This document shows positions 1 to 7,063 of a DNA stretch of 12,889 nt, one piece after another. Source of the stretch: Candidatus Methylomirabilis sp. (GTDB lineage Bacteria > Methylomirabilota > Methylomirabilia > Methylomirabilales > Methylomirabilaceae); the NCBI GenBank assembly GCA_041498975.1, contig JBGQJI010000065.1, positions 1 through 12,889 of the forward strand, read 5' to 3'. The position numbers and the translations under genes were made by a program. The notes under the pieces were generated by a model, which was not told the origin of the DNA, searched no databases, and worked only from the letters and a program-made list of their open reading frames with translations. Numbering within the stretch: the first letter of the stretch is position 1; each line of letters starts with the position of its first letter.

Positions 1-84
1 AGCCATCATCGAGGGGAACCCTAAGACAGGAGGTCTGGAGTCGAGGGCGCAGGGTGGCGGAAAGCCATAATACACCTTCACGGG

Positions 85-1071
85 CTACTCCGGGAGAAGA
101 ATCACCTTGCCGTAGTTCTTGCGATCCGAGACCATCGCATGGGCTGCGGCGGCCTCGCGGAGAGGGAAGGCTGGCCCCACCACGGGCCTGATCTTCTGCT
201 CCTCGATCCACCGGTTGAGCTGCCCCAGGGCCTCACCGACCAGGTCCGGCCGACTCAGCAGCTTCCCCAGGTGGAACCCGACAACCGACAGGTTGCCGTA
301 CAGCAACTGAGCGATGTCGGCCTTGGGCACTCGGCCGCTGGCGATCCCGACCGCCACCAATCGTCCCAGCGGCGCCAGGCACTGCAGGCTTTTGTCAAAG
401 ACCTCCCCACCGACCATCTCGAGGATGACATCGACGCCTCGCCCGGATGTCTCCCGACGCACCTCCTCAGCAAAGTCATGGTCCTGGTAATTGATGATCA
501 CGTCTGCCCCAAGGGCCTTTACCCGTTCGAGCCTCTCATCGGAGCTGGCGGTCGCGAAGATCCTGAGGCCGAGTTGCTTGGAGATCTGCACCGCCGCGGT
601 TCCGACGCCTCCACCCGCGGAGTGGATCAGCACCGACTCCCCGGCGGCGGCCCTTCCGGCCGTCCGAAGCGCGAGGTAGGCGGTCAGAAAGACAATGGGA
701 AAGGCCCCGGCTTCCCGGTCGGAGAGCGACTGGGGCGCCGGGAAGAGTCGCTGGGCCGGGACCGCCACCAACTGCGCGTAACCGCCCCCGGTGGCTGACG
801 GGTCGGGGAAGGCCAGGACCCGAGCCCCTTCCCGCAGGCCGACGACTCCTCGGCCAAGGCGGATGACGGTGCCACAGACCTCGAAGCCGGGGATATACGG
901 AGGCTGGGGCCCTCCCTTGTACAGCCCCCTCCGCATCATCACGTCGGCGTAGTTGAAACCCGCCACGCGGACCTGGAGCAGCACCTCTCCGGGCTTCGGC
1001 TCGGGGTCGGGAACCTCTTCGTACCGGAGGACGTCAGGACCCCCATACTCCCGAACGACGATCGCCTTCAT
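85..1071 (-). CDS. NADPH:quinone oxidoreductase family protein (zinc-independent MDR/QOR)
   Basis: 328 aa. N-terminal MKAIVVREYGGPDVL, GFNYAD, PYIPGFE, nucleotide-binding HSAGGGVG and C-terminal GKVILLP, all typical of zeta-crystallin/QOR. No Zn-ligand cysteine cluster. ATGA overlap with the upstream gene. Confidence 0.93.
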   Translation of the reverse strand: MKAIVVREYGGPDVLRYEEVPDPEPKPGEVLLQVRVAGFNYADVMMRRGLYKGGPQPPYIPGFEVCGTVIRLGRGVVGLREGARVLAFPDPSATGGGYAQLVAVPAQRLFPAPQSLSDREAGAFPIVFLTAYLALRTAGRAAAGESVLIHSAGGGVGTAAVQISKQLGLRIFATASSDERLERVKALGADVIINYQDHDFAEEVRRETSGRGVDVILEMVGGEVFDKSLQCLAPLGRLVAVGIASGRVPKADIAQLLYGNLSVVGFHLGKLLSRPDLVGEALGQLNRWIEEQKIRPVVGPAFPLREAAAAHAMVSDRKNYGKVILLPE

Positions 1072-1343
1072 CTGTTGGCCAACTCCTTCCGCTTGCGCCA
1101 GACCGACTGCATCGCAGGGATCGGGTCTCCAACCTCATTGAATGCGGAGCGAAGCTCGGTCTGATATCCTTGCTCGGCAAGCTGTGAGGCAACGGTCCCG
1201 GCGTCTTTCACCCTGATGCCAGTGGGCTTCGAATCGGACTTGAAGGCGTTGGTGACGAACTCGTACCCTTCCTCGATCAGCCCCTTGATCGCCGGGTCTT
1301 TCGAAGCCATCAGGTCGATGTATGCCTTTCGGCCGAAATCCAC
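1068..1343 (-). CDS. Hypothetical protein, 91 aa
   Basis: Fills the gap between the cyclophilin and QOR genes. AGGAG precedes the GTG start. Its stop overlaps the QOR start (ATGA). Composition is protein-like, but no family recognised. Confidence 0.8.
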   Translation of the reverse strand: MDFGRKAYIDLMASKDPAIKGLIEEGYEFVTNAFKSDSKPTGIRVKDAGTVASQLAEQGYQTELRSAFNEVGDPIPAMQSVWRKRKELANR

Positions 1344-1354
1344 GGCGGCCGCTC

Positions 1355-1879
1355 CTATTCGCTCGCCCGCGAGAGGACTACTTCGGTCAGGACGATGTCT
1401 GTCAGTGGCCTGTCTCGCGCATCGCGGGGGACCTTGCCGATCGTCTCGACGACCTCGAGCCCCTTGACCACCTCCCCGAAGACCGAGTGCTTGTCATCCA
1501 GCCAAGGGGTCGCTTGATGGGTGATGAAGAATTGGCTGCCGTTGGTGTTGGGGCCCGCATTGGCCATCGAGAGGATGCCGGGCTTGCTGTGGCGCAGGTC
1601 GGAATGGAACTCGTCGGGGAATCTGTATCCGGGCCCGCCGCTCCCGAGACCGAGCGGGTCGCCGCCCTGGATCATGAAGTTCGGGATCACCCGATGGAAG
1701 ATCGTGCCATTGTAGAGCGGCCGCGTCACCTGTTCTCCGATCTTCGGGTCGGACCACGCCTTGGTGCCCGTGGCGAGCCCGACGAAGTTGGCCACCGTCT
1801 TGGGCGCCTTGTCCTCGAAGAGGCGGATCACGATCTCTCCCATGCTGGTCTTGAGCGTCGCGTGCAGTGTTTCGGCCAT
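1355..1879 (-). CDS. Cyclophilin-type peptidyl-prolyl cis-trans isomerase
   Basis: Motifs [51 protein letters not shown]. Start placed at the ATG at 1879 (MAETLHA) after a G-rich RBS. The TTG at 1912, overlapping the phosphatase stop, is an alternative start. Confidence 0.96.
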   Translation of the reverse strand: MAETLHATLKTSMGEIVIRLFEDKAPKTVANFVGLATGTKAWSDPKIGEQVTRPLYNGTIFHRVIPNFMIQGGDPLGLGSGGPGYRFPDEFHSDLRHSKPGILSMANAGPNTNGSQFFITHQATPWLDDKHSVFGEVVKGLEVVETIGKVPRDARDRPLTDIVLTEVVLSRASE

Positions 1880-1908
1880 GTGGGCCCCCCTGGAGCGGCT
1901 CTCGGAGT

Positions 1909-2364
1909 TCAACCTCGCCGAAGGGCGGCGAAGTCGAAAATGACCTGCTCCTGAACGAACGTGTCAATGGATGGCGGTCGCTTGGTTCTGACGATCCGGA
2001 TCGCCTCTTCGGCGCTCATCCCGCGGTGCACAAGCGCGCAGGCCAACATAGTGCCGGTCCGACCCTGGCCCGCGTAGCAATGGACGACAACGGCGCCGTC
2101 CAAGGATGAAGCCTCCAAGAAGGCAAGGAACTCCTCGATCTGCTGGATGGTCGGAGCGCAGAAGTCCGGAACCGGGAGATGAAGATATCGGACGCCAAGG
2201 TTCTCCATGAGCGTTTCATCCAGTGGCCTCTCGGTCACGGAGACGATGGCGCTGATCCCCTGGGCCTTCAGCAACTCGATGTCATCCTCCAGCGGCCTGG
2301 AGCGCCCGGGCCGGGCCATCCCGGCCAACTTGCCTTCGATCACGAAGCTGAAATTATCTGGCAT
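1909..2364 (-). CDS. Dual-specificity/PTP-superfamily phosphatase (DUSP23/CDC14-like)
   Basis: CX5R loop [11 protein letters not shown], general-acid loop [10 protein letters not shown]-terminal [16 protein letters not shown] and C-terminal [18 protein letters not shown]. Confidence 0.92.
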   Translation of the reverse strand: MPDNFSFVIEGKLAGMARPGRSRPLEDDIELLKAQGISAIVSVTERPLDETLMENLGVRYLHLPVPDFCAPTIQQIEEFLAFLEASSLDGAVVVHCYAGQGRTGTMLACALVHRGMSAEEAIRIVRTKRPPSIDTFVQEQVIFDFAALRRG

Positions 2365-2476
2365 CCGTTCCTCTTACAGTCTCAGCAGTAAATTCCCGAT
2401 CATGTGCAACACTCGCTCCCCACAGTACCTGCCCTACCGCGGATCCGATCACCTCCCCCTCCAGTTGGCGAGCAAG

Positions 2477-2622
2477 GTGCCGGGCCAAGTAACGAGCATA
2501 GCAAGGCGCGGCCCACGGGGCCGCACCCACTCTGCGGGTACCCGGCGTACGTTGTCAGGTACGTCGCAGGGAGCGCCTCGTGGGCCAGGAACGCCGCTGG
2601 GCGAAGTTAATTGGGCCGGCAC
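2477..2622. mobile_element. MITE-like element, 146 bp, with 17-bp terminal inverted repeats
   Basis: Left end GTGCCGGGCCAAGTAAC (2477-2493) vs reverse complement of the right end GTGCCGGCCCAATTAAC (2606-2622): 15/17 identical. Internal hairpins (GCGGCCC-AC-GGGGCCGC; CGTAC...GTACG). No convincing ORF. Right end overlaps the RNase Z-like stop codon. Confidence 0.65.
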
Positions 2623-3629
2623 TACCGGACTGGGCCGCCGAACGCCTCAAAGGCCTCCCGGTAGAGGGCGTCCGGACAATCCTGATATCTAGGCGAAAAG
2701 TGGAACAGCACCAGCTCCTTCACGCTCGCCTCCAGGGCAAGGAGCCCGGCCTGTCGCGCAGTCAAGTGGTGCCGCTCGATTGCGCGATCCCGATCCTGTT
2801 CCAGGAAGCCCGCTTCGCAAAAAAGGGTATCTGCATCACGCGCGAGCGTCACGATCTTCTGCCGGTTGTCGTCTGAGTACAGGGCATCGGTGACATAGAC
2901 GAGCCGCTGCCCCCTCGTCACGATCGCGATCTTGTCCCTGAGATGGCCGAGGGTCAACTCCCGGTCCCGCTCGCCAGTGGTGTCCGGGCACGTTGGGCGG
3001 ATGATCGTCTCGTCAGGAGCGCCTTCGCGGATCAGTCGCTTGAATTCGGTCAGCCAGGGGCCGGTGGACAGGCCAAGGCTGCTGAGCCGTACAGGGTCGA
3101 TATTGATCCGTTGCGTCTCCTCGAGCGCAAAGGCCAGGCAAGGGATCTTGTGATCCAGGTGCGCGGCCTCCACCCGGAACAACGGATCATCGACCAGGAC
3201 GCCACGGAAGAGCGAGGGCGGCGGGGCATCGATCCGCCCGAATCGGCCACCACTCTGGAAGCGGGCCGTGATGATCTTTTCCGGGCTGACCTCGTACACC
3301 TCGAAGGCAAGGGTGTATCCCTCCACCAGGTTCCAGGTGTAGCCGGAGAGCTTCCCTTCGACGTTCGCGATGATCCCGGGAGGCCCGAACAGGCGGATCG
3401 CACGGTCGCGACCGAGCGCGAGCCGCAGCAGGTGATCGAAGCCGATGAAGTGATCGACGTGGGTGTGAGAAACGAAGATGTCGCTGACTTTCAGCAGGTC
3501 TGCAGGCGGTTGCGTTGTACAATCACCGAGGTCCAGCAGGAGCGCCCGGCGCTCCCACCGAAGCCGCACAAAGAGGCCGGGGTCTCCGAAGACCCCGTTG
3601 AGCAGTCTTGGTTGAAAGAGATTGGTCAT
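2622..3629 (-). CDS. Ribonuclease Z-like metallo-beta-lactamase fold hydrolase
   Basis: HxHxDH motif SHTHVDH, LLLDLG, flexible-arm-like GLSTGPWL, YVTD, C-terminal HLTARQAG and LFHFSPRY as in RNase Z/ElaC family proteins. Confidence 0.85.
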   Translation of the reverse strand: MTNLFQPRLLNGVFGDPGLFVRLRWERRALLLDLGDCTTQPPADLLKVSDIFVSHTHVDHFIGFDHLLRLALGRDRAIRLFGPPGIIANVEGKLSGYTWNLVEGYTLAFEVYEVSPEKIITARFQSGGRFGRIDAPPPSLFRGVLVDDPLFRVEAAHLDHKIPCLAFALEETQRINIDPVRLSSLGLSTGPWLTEFKRLIREGAPDETIIRPTCPDTTGERDRELTLGHLRDKIAIVTRGQRLVYVTDALYSDDNRQKIVTLARDADTLFCEAGFLEQDRDRAIERHHLTARQAGLLALEASVKELVLFHFSPRYQDCPDALYREAFEAFGGPVR

Positions 3630-3811
3630 TCCAGGAACGCCCGGGCAGGCCCAAACCGGGAGGCGGGTTACAATCTGGGGATCGCAGATGCTCCGAAACC
3701 CGTCGCCGCGCGGGCTCTCATGTCCATGGCCCTCTGCTCGACCTGCCTGACACGAGACGCCAAGGCCTGGGATCGCCCTATCACATGCGGTGAAACCCGG
3801 GCTGGAGCCTC

Positions 3812-4102
3812 CTATTTCCCCTTCACCTTCTTCGCAAAGGTCTCGATCGGGAGGGCGGGAAGGGTCATGATCTGAACCGTCCCGCGGGAACCGAGTTCCA
3901 CTGAGATCTTCGCAATGGTCTCGTTGTCCGGCGCCTCGACCACGTTGACGAAGTCATACGGGCCGAGGACCGCATACTGCGCGATCACCTTCGCCCCGAG
4001 CGCTTCGACCTCCTTGTTCACCTCTCTGATCCGGCCGGGGTTCGCCTTCACCGTTTTCCGTCCCTCATCAGTGAGACTGGTGAGCAGGATGTACGTTGCC
4101 AT
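3812..4102 (-). CDS. GYD domain-containing protein
   Basis: 96 aa. MATYILLTSLTDEG...YAVLGPYDFVNVVEAPD...GTVQIMTLPA fits the GYD family pattern. Strong AAGGAGG RBS. Confidence 0.88.
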   Translation of the reverse strand: MATYILLTSLTDEGRKTVKANPGRIREVNKEVEALGAKVIAQYAVLGPYDFVNVVEAPDNETIAKISVELGSRGTVQIMTLPALPIETFAKKVKGK

Positions 4103-4138
4103 CGCCGCGGCCTCCTTTCTGAGATGCAGGTTTCTCTC

Positions 4139-4167
4139 ACCCTACCACCCTTACTTCAGAGGGTCAA
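4139..4167 (-). promoter_or_regulatory. Putative sigma70 promoter for the GYD gene
   Basis: Minus strand TTGACC (4167-4162), 17-nt spacer ending in TGG (extended -10), then TAGGGT (4144-4139), about 35 nt upstream of the ATG. Confidence 0.55.
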
Positions 4168-4294
4168 GAAGATTGGCCCAAGTCCCGGACCATGAACGCC
4201 GCCAGGTCGCGCGGTCCTGACATCGGGGTACTTCCTGCCACCTGTCCGTTCCCTGCGGCCCCTCAAGGCATACCCCACTATCGTCACAAGTCGC

Positions 4295-5329
4295 TCAGGG
4301 CTCCAACGAAGATTGGGGGGACGCGGGCTGGTGCACCTCGCTGATCTTGTCGCGAAGGAGCCGCGCCGCTTCTTCGGGCGCCAGGGGATTGACGAAGAAG
4401 CCCGTCCCCCACTCGAACCCCCCGCCCACTGCAAGCCGTACCCGGATTTCCAGGTGCCAATGGTACCGTGGCTCCGTGAACCGGCGAAGCGGAGAGGTGT
4501 GAAGGACGACGCTGTAGGCGAGGTCTGGCAATAGGTTGTGGAGCGCCCGGGAAAGGCCCTGGAGAAGACCCGCCATTTCCAGAAGCTGGGTATCCTCGAT
4601 GGCACCGAAGTCATGGAGATGCGATTTTGGAAGAATCCAGGTTTCAAACGGATATCTGGCCGCGAATGAAGCAAGCGCGAGGAAGTCCCCCGTCTCCTGT
4701 ATCACCCGATCACCGCTGGACAGCTCCTGGCGGATGATATCGCAGTAGCCGCAACGCTCCTTCCGCCCGTGATAGTCAAGGAGGCCTCGGACTTCGTCTT
4801 CTATCCGCCTTGGGATGACAGGAAGGGCCATCACATGTGAGTGCGGGTGCGGGACCGGGACGCCTGGGCCATGATTTCTGGCGATCATGATCTGCCGAAA
4901 CCGCTCGTCTCCCCGGAGGTCCAGACTTCGCGCCCGGTACGCCCGGAGGACCCCTGCCACCTCCTCGACCGCCATCGTCCCCCAATCGGCCGAGTGGGAC
5001 GGGGTCTCGATGACGATCTCATGGGCCCCGATGGCCGAGGCCGTGTCGTACACCCCCTCGCCGGCACGTTCTATCTCTCCCTCGATCCGAAGGACGGGGA
5101 ACTTGTTGGGGACCACTCTGACGGACCAGCCTTCACGATTTGGCGAACCTGCCGGGCTGCGGAGCGCGAAGACCTCCGAAGGCGTTTCGCGTTCGTTCCC
5201 AGGGCAGAACGGACAGGCGCGCCTACCGGGGTCACGCCGCTGGCGCAGAACCTCGGCCAACGCCTCCCAGCGCTGGCCCGTAATGACGACCCACCGTTGC
5301 AGAATCGGTTCCCTGCGGAGCTCTGCCAT
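4295..5329 (-). CDS. GalT-like (galactose-1-phosphate uridylyltransferase / ADP-glucose phosphorylase-like) HIT-superfamily protein, divergent active site
   Basis: ELRREP..RWV, CPFCPGNE, RVVPNKFP, GAHEIVIETPSH, CGYCD, YHWHLEI and GGFEWGTG...PEEAA match GalT class I. The catalytic motif is HPHSH rather than HPHxQ. GGAGGA RBS. Confidence 0.85.
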   Translation of the reverse strand: MAELRREPILQRWVVITGQRWEALAEVLRQRRDPGRRACPFCPGNERETPSEVFALRSPAGSPNREGWSVRVVPNKFPVLRIEGEIERAGEGVYDTASAIGAHEIVIETPSHSADWGTMAVEEVAGVLRAYRARSLDLRGDERFRQIMIARNHGPGVPVPHPHSHVMALPVIPRRIEDEVRGLLDYHGRKERCGYCDIIRQELSSGDRVIQETGDFLALASFAARYPFETWILPKSHLHDFGAIEDTQLLEMAGLLQGLSRALHNLLPDLAYSVVLHTSPLRRFTEPRYHWHLEIRVRLAVGGGFEWGTGFFVNPLAPEEAARLLRDKISEVHQPASPQSSLEP

Positions 5330-5435
5330 CTTGACGTTGTTCCTCCCCCTTCGGGTGTGAGTCTCGACAAGACTTCTGCAGGTTTCTCAGCGAAAGCAGG
5401 GGATCTATGGCAAACGCACTAAATGTTGTGACATG

Positions 5436-5528
5436 GTCATTACGAGCGACCAACGGGAGCGCGACGATGTCGCGCTTGCAGACCCCAGCGATGCGATTGC
5501 TTCGGTCGCGCAGCTCCCTCGCAATGAC
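5436..5528. repeat. REP-type palindromic element (GTCATTGCGAG class)
   Basis: Ends GTCATTACGAG ... CTCGCAATGAC are inverted repeats. Contains GATTGCTTCG and an internal hairpin AGCGCGAC-GAT-GTCGCGCT. A related half-copy lies at 9835-9849. Confidence 0.75.
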
Positions 5529-5549
5529 ACGTCCGTTAATGCGTGTGAA

Positions 5550-5588
5550 TTAGATCGACGTGTCGAACACGACGGGAAGGTTTCTCAC
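5550..5588 (-). pseudogene. PIN-domain (VapC-like) toxin remnant, N-terminus only
   Basis: GTG start overlaps the upstream stop (GTGA) and reads MRNLPVVFDTSI*. The hydrophobic-DTS motif is the first strand and catalytic Asp of PIN domains. TAA follows at the position expected for Tyr, and a REP element lies shortly after. Confidence 0.55.
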
Positions 5589-5844
5589 CACTCCGTCCGG
5601 GGGCCAGCGGCGCCGAATTGCCTCCACCGTGAATGTACACTCCTCTCAAAGGCGTCGAGCAACCCCCTCGCTTCGCGATCCGCTCTGCGGTGGCAACACG
5701 CTTCTCTGCCAGCACACGGTCCTCGACAGTGATCTGAACGGCCTCGGATTCGCTGTCCACACGCAAGAGCTTTTTGAGCTCCTTGATACTCATCGGGCTG
5801 ACTCCCAGATTCTTCCGAATGTAACCTTTCCTCTTCCGCTGCAC
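5585..5844 (-). pseudogene. Frameshifted antitoxin-like gene (VapB-like)
   Basis: GGAGGGGGA RBS and GTG start. N-terminus RKNLGVSPMSIKELKKLLRVDSESEAVQITVE resembles a strand-helix-helix DNA-binding module. One extra base in the G5 run near 5663-5667 would join ...IAKRGG to LLDAFERS...TEW* in the other frame, ending at the TGA (5585-5587) that overlaps the PIN remnant start. Confidence 0.55.
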
Positions 5845-5871
5845 TCTCCCCCTCCACGAGCGTGTACTGAA

Positions 5872-5908
5872 CGTGAATATATATACACACGATCCCGACG
5901 GGACGCAA
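5872..5908 (-). promoter_or_regulatory. Putative sigma70 promoter with overlapping palindromic operator for the TA relic
   Basis: Minus strand TTGCGT (5908-5903), 17 nt, TATATA (5885-5880). The imperfect palindrome CGTG-nn-TATATATA-nn-CACG (5872-5891) covers the -10 box. Confidence 0.55.
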
Positions 5909-5944
5909 CTGAAACGAAGCGCCCAAGGGCCGCCGGGTTGCCTG

Positions 5945-7051
5945 CTACGAACTGAGCGGATAGGAGAGGTCGGCCTGCGCGAACTCCTCGGGCCAGATGA
6001 CCACCTTCCTGGTATCCCGCCACTGAACCAAGAGGCTCTGGTGGCCGATCTGGCGGCCGGACGCGGGATCCAATCGAAATCCCCCGAAAAAGGTCGTCAG
6101 TTCAAGGCCGCATGCTGCGGCCAAAAGCCTTTCATCCTCGAGGCTGCCCGCGCGCCGGAGACACTCTCTGAGAATGAGGCCGGCAGCGAAGGCCTGGGCA
6201 GCGGGATACCCGGGGGCCTGATGGAAACGCGCCTGGTACTCGGAGAGAAACCAGGCCGAATCCGGCCCCGCGATGTTTTCGAACGGCACGCCGGGCTCCC
6301 ACTGGCCTGGTCCGATCACCCCCTCTGTCAATCTCCCGGCCTCCCGGTAGATCGCGCCAAGCCCTGCCGCGACCGCGGCAATGGCCTTCAGGCGTGGCAC
6401 ACGCTCCCGATGCCGGATGATCGCAACGTCGTCCTGAAAGCTTCCCACCACGACCAGCAGTTCAGGGTCGCCCACGGACACGTTTCGGAGAACCTCAATG
6501 GGATCTTCGATCGGCGAGGCAAAAGGACTCAGATGGATCCGTTCAAAACCAGCGGCCTTCGCGGCCTCGGCCGCGCCGCACGCGATGTGAGCGGCAAAGC
6601 TTCCGACCTTTCCGTGAAGAATGCTGATCCGGCTAATTTCAGAGTCCCTTCGCCGCACCAGGAGCGGGAGGGTTCGGAAATACTCGCTTGCCGGACTGAC
6701 AACGCTCACCAGATGGCGCCAGCCCTGTTTACAGATTGCATCCGAGGCGCCGCCATGGTTCCAGAGGATCTTCCCATGAGCCTCGGCGATCGGCGCGACC
6801 GCCAAGGTGAGAACGCTGGAATACGGCCCCAGGAGAAGATCAGCACGATCCCGGGTCAGGAGGCGGAGGACGTTGTCCTTTGCCAGCTCGGCGCGGCTGC
6901 GATCGTCATAAACGATGAGCCGAAGCGGGATGGAAGGGGAGATGTAATCGACCCAGAGGCGCAGGCCATTCAAGGCCTCCTGGCCCTGCAGGCTGAATCT
7001 CCCAGTGAGCGACAGGGAGACGCCGGCGAGGATCCCACCGGGAGCCGACAT
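5945..7051 (-). CDS. Branched-chain amino acid (LivJ/K, type I PBP) ABC substrate-binding-like protein lacking a signal peptide
   Basis: GVSLSLTG, LIVYDDRS, DLLLGPYSS, WNHGGAS, AAQAFAAG, TTFFGGFRLD and LVQW are typical of this family. No hydrophobic, lipobox or Tat leader, and an in-frame TGA five codons upstream excludes an earlier start. Confidence 0.88.
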   Translation of the reverse strand: MSAPGGILAGVSLSLTGRFSLQGQEALNGLRLWVDYISPSIPLRLIVYDDRSRAELAKDNVLRLLTRDRADLLLGPYSSVLTLAVAPIAEAHGKILWNHGGASDAICKQGWRHLVSVVSPASEYFRTLPLLVRRRDSEISRISILHGKVGSFAAHIACGAAEAAKAAGFERIHLSPFASPIEDPIEVLRNVSVGDPELLVVVGSFQDDVAIIRHRERVPRLKAIAAVAAGLGAIYREAGRLTEGVIGPGQWEPGVPFENIAGPDSAWFLSEYQARFHQAPGYPAAQAFAAGLILRECLRRAGSLEDERLLAAACGLELTTFFGGFRLDPASGRQIGHQSLLVQWRDTRKVVIWPEEFAQADLSYPLSS

Positions 7052-7063
7052 GCGCCGACCTGC

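Noticed and set aside
1..81. Possible minus-strand ORF start MKVYYGFPPPCALDSRPPVLGFPSMMA running off the window, with GGAG before the GTG
   Set aside because: Only 27 codons visible and no recognisable motif, so it cannot be supported from this window.
2467..2482. GG-N10-GC sigma54-like spacing upstream of the phosphatase gene
   Set aside because: Poor match to TGGCAC-N5-TTGC, and partly formed by the MITE end.
4125..5388. Shared 12-mer TGCAGGTTTCTC at 4125-4136 and 5377-5388 upstream of the GYD and GalT-like genes
   Set aside because: Non-palindromic, different distance to the start codons, and compatible with chance.
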